Below, piece after piece: positions 29,450-41,983 of a stretch of 64,000 nucleotides of DNA. Numbering within the stretch: the stretch's first letter is position 1; every line of letters starts with the position of its first letter. The stretch is from Heterodontus francisci. Its lineage: Eukaryota. The stretch lies in assembly GCF_036365525.1 (NCBI RefSeq), contig NC_090391.1, positions 11,780,001-11,844,000 on the forward strand, in the 5' to 3' direction. Made by a program: the position numbers and the translations under genes. The notes under the pieces are model-generated. The model worked only from the letters and a program-made list of their open reading frames with translations, ran no database searches and was not told where the DNA came from.

Positions 29450-29619
29450 CTGCACAAAGGAGAAGTATTCCTTGTAAGACTAGAACAGGTGAGGGTTAGA
29501 ACTTTACAGTTTCATCATTGTCATTTCCACAGTGGGAACCCGGTGATACAAAGTGTCAGTGTTGGACAGCACTGCAGTACAGCAGCACAGTTTTGTCCCC
29601 CCTTACCCTGAACACAGCA

Positions 29620-30300
29620 CAAGAACATAAAAACTAGGAACAGGAGTAGGCCATTCAGCCCTTTGAGCCCTCTCCACCATTCAATGAGATCATGGTTGAT
29701 CTGCTTCAACAACATTTTCCTGCACTATCCATGTAACCCTTGATGTTTTTAACATATAGGGACGAAGCAATCCCCATCTTGAACATACTGAAAGACTGAA
29801 TCTCCACAGCCCTCTGGGGTAGAGAATCCTGAAGATTCACCATCCTCTGAGTGAAGAAATACCTTCTCATCTCAGTCCTAAATGGCCTGCTCCTCATTCT
29901 GAGACTGTATCCCCTGGCTCGAGATCCCTAGTCAGGGGAATCATCCTTCCTGCATTTACCCTCTTGAGCCCTGCAAGAATTTTGTCTGTTTGAATGAGAT
30001 CACCTCTCATTCTTCGAAACTCCAGAGAATAAAGGCTCAGTCTGTTTAATCTTCCCTCATCACGCAATCCTTCATCCCAGGAATTAGTTTGGTGAACCTT
30101 CATTGCACTCACTCTATGACAAGTCTATCTTTTTATAGGTAAGAGACCAAAACTGCACACAATACTGCAGGTACAGTCTCAACAAGGCTCTATTTCATTG
30201 CAGCAAGACATCTTTACTCCTATACTCATCCTCTTGCAATGAAGACCAACATAACACTTACCTTGATAATTGCTTGCTGTACCTGCAAGTTACCTTCAGT
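29620..30300 (-). mobile_element. CR1 LINE 3' fragment
   Basis: Minus ORFs contain LNRLSLYSLEFRRMRGDLIQ and FRTEMRRYFFTQRMVNL. 3' tail ggcctactcctgttcct...ttatgttctt. Confidence 0.9.
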
Positions 30301-30350
30301 GAAAGGAAAGATTAATTAATTGAAAAAATGACAGATTAGATAGCAGGCTT

Positions 30351-33300
30351 TCTCAGTGCTGTCTGATCATTCGTCTACAGTACTGCAGATCCCCACTGCT
30401 GACAGATCATTAGTCGACAGTACAGCAGAATCCCAGTGCTGTCAAATCATTAGTCTTCAGTACTGCAGATTCCCGGTGCTGTCTGATCATTAGTGCACAG
30501 TACTGCAGATCCCCGGTGCTCTCTGATCATTAGTCCACAGTACTGCAGATTCCCAGTGCTGTCTGATCATTCGTCTACAGTCCTGCAGATTCCCGGTGCT
30601 GTCTGATCATTAGTCGACAGGACTGCAGATTCCCGGTGCTGTCTGATCCTTAGTCTCCAGTACTGCAGATTCCCAGTGCTGTCTGATCATTAGTCTACAG
30701 TACTGCAGTTTCCCAGTACTGTCTGATCATTAGTATACAGTACTGCAGATCCCCACTGCTGACTGATCATTAGTCTACAGTGCAGCAGACTCCTGGTGCT
30801 GTCTGATCATTAGTCTTCAGTACTGCAGGTTCCTGGTGCTGTCTGATCATTAGTCTACAGTACTGCAGGTTCCCAGTGCTGTCTGATCATTAGTCTACAG
30901 TACTGCAGATTCCCGGTGCTGGCTGATCATTCGTCTCCAGTCCAGCAGATCCCCTGTGCTGTCTGATCATTAGTTTACAGTACTGCAGATTCCCGGTGCT
31001 GTCTGATCATTAGTCGAGAGTACTGCAGATTCCCGGTGCTGTCTGATCATTAGTCTTCAGTACTGCAGATTCCCGGTGCTGTCGGACCATTAGTCTACAG
31101 TACTGCAGATTCCTGGTGCTGTCTGATCATTAGTCGACAGGACTGCAGATTCCCGGTCCTGTCTGATCCTTAGTCTCCAGTACTGCAGATTCCCAGTGCT
31201 GTCTGATCATTAGTCTACAGTACTGCGGTTTCCCAGTACTGTCTGATCATTAGTATACAGTACTGCAGATCCCCACTGCTGACTGATCATTAGTCGACAG
31301 TGCAGCAGACTCCCGGTGCTGTCTGATCATTAGTCTTCAGTACTGCAGGTTCCTGGTGCTGTCTGATCATTAGTCTACAGTACTGCAGGTTCCCAGTGCT
31401 GTCTGATCATTAGTCTACAGTACTGCAGATTCCCGGTGCTGGCTGATCATTAGTCTTCAGTACTGCAGGTTCCCAGTGCTGTCTGATCATTAGTCTACAG
31501 TACTGCAGGTTCCCAGTGCTGTCTGATCATTAGTCTACAGTACTGCAGGTTCCCAGTGCTGTCTGATCATTAGTCTACAGTACTGCAGGTTCCCAGTGCT
31601 GTCTGATCATTAGTCTACAGTACTGCAGGTTCCCAGTGCTGTCTGATCATTAGTCTACAGTACTGCAGGTTCCCAGTGCTGGCTGATCATTAGTCTACAG
31701 TACTGCAGGTTCCCAGTGCTGGCTGATCATTCGTCTCCAGTCCAGCAAATCCCCTGTGCTGTCTGATCATTAGTTTACAGTACTGCAGATTCCCGGTGCT
31801 GTCTGATCATTAGTCGACAGCCCTGCAGATTCCCAGTGCTGTCTGATCATTAGTCTACAGTACTGCAGATTCCCGGTGCTGTCTGATCATTAGTCGAGAG
31901 TACTGCAGATTCCCGGTGCTGTCTGATCATTAGTCTTCAGTACTGCAGGTTCCCAGTGCTGTCTGATCATTAGTCTACAGTACTGCAGATTCCCGGTGCT
32001 GTCTGATCATTAGTCTACAATACTGCAGATTCCCGGTGCTGTCTGATCATTAGTCTACAGTACTGCAGATTCCCGGTGCTGTCTGATCATCAGTCTACAG
32101 TACTGCAGATTCCCAGTGCTGTCTGATCATTCGTCTCCAGTCCAGCAGATCCCCAGTGCTGTCTGATCATTAGTCTACAGTACTGCAGATTCCCAGTGCT
32201 GTCTGATCATTAGTCGACAGTCCTGCAGATTCCCTGTGCTTTCTGATCTTTAGTCGAGAGTACTGCAGTTTCCCGGTGCTGTCTGATTATTAGTCGAGAG
32301 TACTTCAGATTCTCGGTGCTGTCTGATCATTATTCTACAGTACTGCAGATTCCCGGTGCTGTCTGATCATTTGTCTACAGTACTGCAGATTCCCGGTGCT
32401 GTCTGATCATTAGTCTACAGTACTGCAGGTTCCTGGTGCTGTCTTATCATTCGTCAACAGTGCTGCAGATTCCCGGTGCTGTCTCATCGTTAGTCTACAG
32501 TCCTGTAGATTCCCAGTGCTGGCTGATCATTATTCTACAGTACTGCAGATTCCCTGTGCTGTCTGATCATTAGTCTACAGTACTGCAGATTCCCAGTGCT
32601 GTCTGATCATTTGTCTACAGTACTGCAGATTCCCGGTGCTGTCTGATCATTAGTCTACAGTACTGCAGATTCCCAGTGCTGTCTGATCATTAGTCTACAG
32701 TACTGCAGATTCCCGGTGCTGTCTGATCATTTGTCTACAGTATTGCAGATTCCCGGTGCTGTCTGATCATTAGTCTACAGTACTGCAGATTCCTGGTGCT
32801 GTCTTATCAGTCGTCGACAGTACTGCAGATTCCCAGTGCTGTCAAATCATTAGTCCACAGTACTGCAGATTCCCGGTGCTGTCTGATCATTTGTCTACAG
32901 TACTGCAGATTCCCGGTGCTGTCTAATCATTAGTCTACAGTACTGCAGATTCCCGGTGCTGTCTGATCATTAGTCTACAGTACTGCAGATTCCCTGTGCT
33001 GTCCGATCATTAGTCGACAGTACTGCAGTTTCCCAGTACTGTCTGATCATTCGTCTACAGGACTGCAGATTCCCAGTGCTGTCTGGTCATTAGTCTACAG
33101 TACTGCAGATTCCCGGTACTGTCTGATCATTAGTCTACAGTACTGCAGATTCCCGGTACTGTCTGATCATTACTCGACAGTACTGCAGATTCCCAGTGCT
33201 GTCTGATCATTAGTCTGCAGTACTGCAGCTTCCCAGTGCTGTCTGATCATTCGTCTCCAGTCCAGCAGATCCCCTGTGCTGTCTGATCATTAGTCTACAG

Positions 33301-36168
33301 TACTGCAGCTTCCCAGTGCTGTCTGATCATTAGTCTGCAGTACTGCAGCTTCCCAGTGCTGTCTGATCATTCGTCTCCAGTCCAGCAGATTCCCAGTGTT
33401 GTCTGATCATTAGTCGAGAGTACTGCAGATTACCGGTGCTGTCTGATCATTAGTCTTCAGTACTGCAGATTCCCGGTTCTGTCGGACCTTTAGTCTACAG
33501 TACTGCAGGTTCCCAGTGCTGTCTGATCATTCGTCTCCAGTCCAGCAGATCCCCTGTGCTGTCTGATCATTAGTCTACAGTACTGCAGATTCCCGGTGCT
33601 GTCTGATCATTAGTCGACAGCCCTGCAGATTCCCAGTGTTGTCTGATAATTAGTCGAGAGTACTGCAGATTCCCGGTGCTGTCTGATCATTAGTCTTCAG
33701 TACTGCAGATTCCCGGTTCTGTCGGACCTTTAGTCTACAGTACTGCAGGTTCCCAGTGCTGTCTGATCATTCGTCTCCAGTCCAGCAGATCCCCTGTGCT
33801 GTCTGATCATTAGTCTACAGTACTGCAGATTCCCGGTGCTGTCTGATCATTAGTCTTCAGTACTGCAGATTCCCGGTTCTGTCGGACCTTTAGTCTACAG
33901 TACTGCAGGTTCCCAGTGCTGTCTGATCATTCGTCTCCAGTCCAGCAGATCCCCAGTGCTGTCTGATCATTAGTCGACAGTACTGCAGATTCCCGGTGCT
34001 GTCTGATCATTAGTCGACAGCCCTGCAGATCCCCAGTGCTGTCTGATCATTAGTCTACAGTACTGCAGATTCCCGGTGCTGTCTGATCATTAGTCGAGAG
34101 TACTGCAGATTCTCGGTGCTGTCTGATCATTAGTCTTCAGTACTGCAGATTCCCGGTTCTGTCGGACCTTTAGTCTACAGTACTGCAGATTCCCGGTGCT
34201 GTCTGATCATTAGTCTACAGTACTGCAGATTCCCGGTGCTGTCTGATCATTAGTCTACAGTACTGCAGATTCCTGGTGCTGTCTGATCATTCGTCTCCAG
34301 TCCAGCAGATCCCCAGTGCTGTCTGATCATGAGTCGAGAGTACTGCAGATTCCCGGTGCTGTCTGATCATTAGTCGAGAGTACTGCAGATCCCCAGTGCT
34401 GTCTGATCATTAGTCGAGAGTACTGCAGATTCCCGGTGCTGTCTGATCATTAGTCGAGAGTACTGCAGATTCCCGGTGCTGTCTGATCATTAGTCGAGAG
34501 TACTGCAGATTCCCGGTGCTGTCTGATCATTAGTCGAGAGTACTGCAGATTCCCGGTGCTGTCTGATCATTAGTCGAGAGTACTGCAGATTCCCGGTGCT
34601 GTCTGATCATTAGTCGAGAGTACTGCAGTTTCCCGGTGCTGTCTGATCATTAGTCGAGAGTACTGCAGATTCCCGGTGCTGTCTGATCATTCGTCTCCAG
34701 TCCAGCAGATCCCCTGTGCTGTCTGATCATTAGTCTACAGTACTGCAGATTCCCGGTGCTGTCTGATCATTAGTCTTCAGTACTGCAGATTCCCGGTTCT
34801 GTCGGACCTTTAGTCTACAGTACTGCAGGTTCCCAGTGCTGTCTGATCTTTCGTCTCCAGTCCAGCAGATCCCCAGTGCTGTCTGATCATTAGTCGACAG
34901 TACTGCAGATTCCCGGTGCTGTCTGATCATTAGTCGACAGCCCTGCAGATCCCCAGTGCTGTCTGATCATTAGTCTACAGTACTGCAGATTCCCGGTGCT
35001 GTCTGATCATTAGTCGAGAGTACTGCAGATTCTCGGTGCTGTCTGATCATTAGTCTTCAGTACTGCAGATTCCCGGTTCTGTCGGACCTTTAGTCTACAG
35101 TACTGCAGATTCCTGGTGCTGTCTGATCATTCGTCTCCAGTCCAGCAGATCCCCAGTGCTGTCTGATCATTAGTCGGGAGTACTGCAGATTCCCGGTGCT
35201 GTCTGATCATTAGTCGAGAGTACTGCAGATCCCCGGTGCTGTCTGATCATTAGTCGAGAGCACTGCAGATTCCCGGTGCTGTCTGATCATTAGTCGAGAG
35301 TACTGCAGATTCCCGGTGCTGTCTGATCATTAGTCGAGAGTACTGCAGATTCCCGGTGCTGTCTGATCATTAGTCGAGAGTACTGCAGATTCCCGGTGCT
35401 GTCTGATCATTAGTCGAGAGTACTGCAGTTTCCCGGTGCTGTCTGATCATTAGTCGAGAGTACTGCAGATTCCCGGTGCTGTCTGATCATTTGTCTACAG
35501 TACTGCAGATTCCCGGTGCTGTCTGATCATTAGTCTACAGTACTGCAGGTTCCTGGTGCTGTCTTATCAGTCGTCGACAGTACTGCAGATTCCCAGTGCT
35601 GTCAAATCATTCGTCAACAGTGCTGCAGATTCCCGGTGCTGTCTCATCGTTAGTCTACAGTCCTGTAGATTCCCAGTGCTGGCTGATCATTAGTCTACAG
35701 TACTGCAGATTCCTGGTGCTGTCTTATCAGTCGTCGACAGTACTGCAGATTCCCAGTGCTGTCAAATCATTAGTCGACAGTACTGCAGATTCTCGGTGCT
35801 GTCTGATCATTATTCTACAGTACTGCAGATTCCCGGTGCTGTCTGATCGTGAGTCTACAGTCCTGCAGATTCCCGGTGCTGTCTGATCATTAGTCTACAG
35901 TACTGCAGATTCCCGGTGCTGTCTGATCATTAGTCTACAGTACTGCAGATTCCAACTACTGTCTGATCATTACTCGACAGTACTGCAGGTTCCCAGTGCT
36001 GTCTGATCATTAGTCGACAGGACTGCAGATTCCTGGTGCTGTCTGATCCATAGTCTACAGTACTGCAGATTCCCGGTGCTGTCTGAGTATTAGTCTACAG
36101 TACTGCAGATTCCCAGTTCTGTCTGATCATTCGTCTACAGTACTGTAGATCTACAGTACTGTTTGATT
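30351..36168. repeat. 40-bp satellite/minisatellite array (~145 units), consensus GTCTGATCATTAGTCTACAGTACTGCAGATTCCCGGTGCT
   Basis: Exact 40-bp period. Units stay in register with the 10-bp print blocks across the whole array. Confidence 0.98.
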
Positions 36169-36809
36169 GAAGACTTCTGGTTGATCAGCATACACATAAT
36201 GGCACACACTTCGAATAGCCTGCAAAGGCAAACAAAGCATATATGATAATGTTGACATGGTAGGTTGAACAATTTCTAGCATTGACATTTAATACAATTT
36301 TACATAATGGTACCTGTCACTTTTTTAAAGAAGAATATTTTTTACGCCAAATTCCTTGATGTCATTAGTGAATTTCAACTCTGAAAAGCTTTCAGAGGGT
36401 TCATCTATCCATTGAGATCTTTGTTTATCTGGCAGTGCCACAAAAACATACAATCTAAATGAGTTGGTTCAAAGGTGAAGATTGGAGCCACAATGTCAGT
36501 GATTGTTTGGTCATGAGTTAAACAGAAACCCATGGAGTTGTGCCCAGACAGGTTGTCCCACACTGTACCAGTATCGTATTGCTTAAAATAAACACAGCAA
36601 TTGCCAGAAGGTTCAGTAAATGTGATTATACATTATGTAAACTCCTGCTTTTCAGGTTGAAATACTTGCCGCAAGTTTATCCAGTGAGGAGCTGAGATGC
36701 AGAGAGCAGGAAGGTCCGGAATAATTAATTATTATAAAATATGCAGTATTTGTATTAAAAATATAACCTGTTCACTGTCAGGACTCTAGTCTACACACAC
36801 ACACAGTAC

Positions 36810-37142
36810 CTGACCGAACCACAGCGGACCCGAGCCCAACCCGATCATTCCTTTACTTCCCTTCCTGACACCCAACCTGCAAGATGCTACACCGCATGCG
36901 TAATGACGGCAAAGTGCCGGCACCGGCTCACTGCGCAGACTCAATTCCGACCCGGACTCCCATCTCCGGTCAGTTATTTTAAATTTCAATTCTGACCAGC
37001 AGAGACTGACTGAGTGTGTCCGACCCGAACCCGAACTGGACTCGAACGCGAAAGCCGGAGCCGCAAGCTGGGCTCGAGCCGAGGCGGACACATGTGCTCG
37101 GGTCCCGCTCGGTTTGGACTCGAGTCTCCAGGCCTCGAGTGT
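36810..37142. mobile_element. Possible non-autonomous DNA transposon/MITE remnant, CpG-rich
   Basis: Imperfect inverted repeats ccgaaccacagcggacccgagc (~36813) and gctcgggtcccgctcggtttgg (~37096), plus internal CCCGA repeats. Not seen in the paralogous region near 51,250. Confidence 0.35.
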
Positions 37143-37260
37143 CCATTCCACACAGTCCGCGACTCCCGCTGAACTTCCCGCTATTCAATGTTAATCTCTG
37201 AACACATCTGCAGACTCGCTCCCAAACCTGGTGTTGCTGCTTTAAGCAGATGTTGTTTGT

Positions 37261-37425
37261 TCACTTACCCCGGGACGCGGATGTCTCTATTCGCAGCTGA
37301 TTTAAACAATCTTCCACTCACTCACTGAATGACGCTCAGAGACAGTGTTGGGGGGAAGAGGAGCGCATGCGCTCTTCTCAGTATGATGAAGAAAAGTGGG
37401 CGGGGCTACACCGCGCGTGCGCATA
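37261..37425 (-). promoter_or_regulatory. CpG promoter and first exon with splice donor, copy 1
   Basis: NRF1-type palindrome GAGCGCATGCGCTC at 37361-37374, GC box GGGCGGGG at ~37398, second GCGCGTGCGC at ~37413. Minus-strand donor G|GTAAGTGA (GT at 37268-37267). Paralogue at 51,255-51,590. Confidence 0.55.
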
Positions 37426-38919
37426 TCTCTGCAACAAAACTCAATGGGAACTTTCGCCATTTCACCCTCATCAATGTGTGAACAATGAAACTGAACATGG
37501 GGTTAGGGTGGAGGGAGGGTGGGGAGGGGTGGAGGGAATCTATAACCTAGAAAGCCGGGAGCTGATCCCATTTAGATGTTCAAATTGCCGTCTCTCCCTG
37601 CAGGGTGTTTGTTATTATTGAGACCCTCCTCTCAAAACAATCCGACAGAAACATGGGAGGAAGGAGGGAGTCGCTGTGTTTGCTGGGACCTTGTAGAATT
37701 CATTTCAGCCAGAAAAGGTTTGTCCAACCGGAGTGAAACCCGCGGTCAATGTGAGTAATACCGAATGGCGAACTTCATCGTTTCAATCTAAACAAGAGAC
37801 ACGGAGCTGCCGCGATTATACCGGACATACAAAAACAGTGACAATAGAGCCCATACCAGAGTTTCAGCTCCCGGCTGTTAAATGTCCTCATCTGCACAGT
37901 CTTTTCAGGGCTCAGTTGCCGATGTCTAGTCCTGTATCCCTGAAACACTCGGAACCAGGAGATCCTCGAACTCCCTGTTGAAAGATTTTTGGACAGGAAT
38001 TTTTCCAGCCTTTGGTCCAGTCGATCATAACCTGCTGTTCAAACATAGTATTATTCAAACAATTAATGTGAAATTCTGTTAACTACTCAGGCCTTGAACT
38101 GGGTTTGAGCAGAGCAACTCCTGAAAGATTCAGCATCTTTCCAGATATTGCAGCCATGCTGGATAGAGGGACTCAGGGTTTAATCCTGCACACACACAAC
38201 AGAAGGAGTGACAGTCACACAGGGATGGGAACTGGTATCATTTCTGTCGCCTACTCACCCAACAGGCAGAGTTAGAAACTGATTAAACATCCAACCCAGT
38301 GTAATTCAGTACTGGAGAAATACAGAGGCTCTTCCACTCCATCCTTCCCTCCCATACACACGGCAGATTGACAGCACAAGGCCTTTCAGGTATCATTTCT
38401 GTGACCACGAGTTTCACTCCGATGATATTAAACAGAGACTATCAGATGTTTATCCTTCATCCTGGAAATATTCGGACTCACTCTTACACTTCTACCAGAA
38501 TGTTTTGGCCAAATGAGGAGCCGCCCCTGCACCCGCTCTCCTGTCTTATTCAGACAACCTTCCAGTCTCAACGTCACACACGTTAACAATAATTTGCTTT
38601 TGATCAATATGACTCAAAGATTGTTTGCAGCGCCAAATATTTGGACAAATATCCCAAATATTTGTACAAATATCCCATATCCTCGACATCACCATGATTC
38701 CAACCAGGCAGAATAGTGAGAGTGCAGGTAAAAAACAAAACATGTTTCTAAAAGAGTATAAGATAATATTAATGAGTAGCAACCAAGAGAAACAAAAATA
38801 ATTTATAAGTAAACAAAAATGCAAAATGATAGTGCAAGAAATTGCGGAGCTATTCGGAATAAAGAAATGAAATTTCCTTGTGTTGGAAAAGGTAATGAAT
38901 GACAGCGTTATATGTCTGA

Positions 38920-39560
38920 TCACACAAACAAGGATGAAGTTAATGTCCCAGTAGAGGAGGGGTGCAGAGATATTGGATAGAATGAAAATAGACAGAAAGG
39001 AGGTTCTCAATAGATTGGCATCACTTTAAGTTAATGAGTCCAGATAGAAAGCATCTCAGATTGCTGAGGGAGATAGCAGAAGTCCTGACGACAATGTTTG
39101 GATACTGAAGTAGTTCCAGTCGACTGAAGGATGGCAAATGTTACACTCCTGTTCCAGAAATGGGAAGGAAAAAGCTGGTGACTACAGACCAATGAATTTA
39201 GTCATCAGTGGTCAAAAACAATTGGAAACAAGTGTCAACGATCAAATAAACTTCAACTTGAAGAATAATGAGTTAATAAGGGACAAGCAGTACCGATTTG
39301 GTAAGGACAAATCATGTGAGACTAACCTGATTGAATTCTTGTGATTGACTTTGCTGAAGGTAGTATTACAGATATTGGATATCTGCTTTTTGAAAGGCAT
39401 TCGATCAAGTTGTGCATAACAGAGTTACACATAAAATAAAAGTTCATGTTAAAAATTGATACTGGTATGCTGAGATAGTAGTTGGCTAAAGGATAGGAGA
39501 CAGAGTGTCGTAGTGAACTGATGTCTTTTTAATGCGAAGATGTATTCAGTAGGGTGACAC
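38920..39560 (+). mobile_element. Degraded CR1 LINE fragment (RT N-terminal part)
   Basis: GDYRPMNL and FGKDKSCETNLIEF match CR1 NYRPVSL and GF.KG.SCLTNL.EF motifs. Confidence 0.75.
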
Positions 39561-40129
39561 AGAAATTTTTATTAACAACATTGCTTTTATAGAGACCATA
39601 ATTTGGAAGGTTGAGGAGGGCAAAATACATAGCAATGTATGTAAATAGTAAAGAGCTGTAAGTTTGAGGTAGATGTTACCTGAACAGAGGTGAGACAGAG
39701 GATACCCAACCTGTCTCACCTTGAGATTCTGGACCAAGATGGACCTACAAGGTACAGAGTCAAGTTCTGTGATCAGGTCAGAGAGTTTATTGGGCTTAAC
39801 TAAGATGCACAAAGTTAATCCTTAACAACAGCAATAAGTATACCGGAACACTCTATACTGGTTCTTGCTTCTGAGCTTGCTGGGACATGGACTTCTCTCC
39901 TTCTTCTTCTCTTGCTGTGTTGACCATAGTCTATCTTCTCCTTCTAAGTGTGCCAACAATGTGCTGTTCACCGCTTGCTAAGTGTACCGATAATATTCCC
40001 TATCACCATTTCTTTTACCCTTCGTGGGGTGTTGGGATCTGACAATATTAGGTTCTGAATTGTTCGGGGTATCCTAATTGGTTCAATCTATACACTTCAC
40101 AGATGCTTCCTGTGTCTTTCACTTTCAGC

Positions 40130-40560
40130 AAGGATCCTTGTGTTCCCTGGTTCTAGTCTATCTCATAAGGGGAAACATCCTCTCAGTATCCACCCGGCGA
40201 AGTGCTCTCAAGATCTTATACGATTTCAATAAGATCACTTCTCATTCTTCTAAATTCTAATGGATACAGGACAACCTGTCCAACCATTTCCCAGAAAATA
40301 AGCCTTCATCCGAGCAATCTGTCGAGTGAATCGTCTCTGAACTGCTTCGAATGCAATTTCTTTGTTTTCAACAGTAAGGAGACCAAAACTGTACAAATTA
40401 TTACAGATGCAGTATCACCAATACCCTGGACAACTGTAGCAAATCTTCCTTACTTTAATAGTCCATTCCCCTTGCAATAACTGACATCATTCCATTTGCC
40501 TTCCAAAACTCATGTTGTACGTGCCAACCAACTTTTTTGTGATTCATGTACCAGGATACC
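40130..40560 (-). mobile_element. CR1 LINE fragment
   Basis: Reverse complement of CR1 RT C-terminal DNA (aagatcacttctcattcttctaaa, gagaccaaaactgtaca), similar to 29,900-30,280. Confidence 0.75.
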
Positions 40561-40787
40561 CAACTCTGTCGCGTTGTTTTACTGTATATTTCTGTTCCAT
40601 GTTGAGTCAGTGCGTCAAGAATTAAACGGTTGTATTTGATAATAAATTCTTGAGGGCCGATTCAAACTGTGTTGACAGACAGTGGGGGATCTCAGACGAA
40701 ATAAATGAAACCACAAAAGCTCAGATTTCATAATTCTTCAGGCCAAGTTAGATTTTTTTACTCTTTACATTGTTTTCTCATCGGAAA

Positions 40788-41425
<638 letters not shown>

Positions 41426-41468
41426 ACGCATCCTGCCCCAAACTGAGTTTGGCATCAAATAACACAAC

Positions 41469-41512
41469 GGCTCTTTTAAGAGCCACCAAATCGGCAAAAC
41501 AAAGAGCTGCGA
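41469..41512 (+). terminator. Histone 3' stem-loop and downstream element (H3-A)
   Basis: GGCTCTTTTAAGAGCC at 41469-41484; purine-rich AAAGAGCTG at ~41501. Confidence 0.92.
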
Positions 41513-41715
41513 TCTCCTGTCATCGATTCCAGCAGAGAAAACTGTGCTCCAGAACAGATCATTTTATTAGAGCTTCAATCATTTGGGGACTCAACAAAAG
41601 CTTTATTTGTGCATAAACCCTAGAATTGTTAAAATGCCGAATAAATATCTCCAGAGGCAAGCGGCTAAATCCCGTCTCTCAGACAGTCACCAGCTCTTTC
41701 TCAGATAAAGTGGGT

Positions 41716-41983
41716 GTCTCTGAAAAGAGTCTTTGGGCCAGCTGGTGATGTCTGGGGATGATGCGGGTCTTCTTGTTGTCCGGGGCCGCGTTACCGGCCA
41801 GCTTGCGGATTTCAGCTGTCAGATACTCGAGCACAGCAGCCAGAGAACCAGGGCTCCGGCTCCCCTACGCTCAGCATAGTTCCCCATTCTCGGGATATAG
41901 TGAACACGGCCCACCGGGAACTGCGGTCCAGCCCGGGAGGAGTGAGACTTGGCCTTGGCCCAAACTTTCCCTCTTCCAGACAT
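41716..41983 (-). pseudogene. H2A: Histone H2A pseudogene, truncated
   Basis: ATG at 41983-41981 (ATGTCTGGAAGAG). Colinear with H2A at 57376-57765 but has small deletions and lacks everything after about codon 86. Fused to a mutated stem-loop (GACTCTTTTCAGAGAC, 41716-41731). Confidence 0.9.

Noticed and set aside
30351-36168. CRISPR-like array of palindromic ~40-bp repeats
   Set aside because: Head-to-tail repeats with no unique spacers, no cas genes, and a vertebrate context.
30351-36168. Self-cleaving hammerhead satellite like newt satellite 2
   Set aside because: The monomer has CTGATCA rather than CTGANGA and no suitably placed GAAA on either strand.
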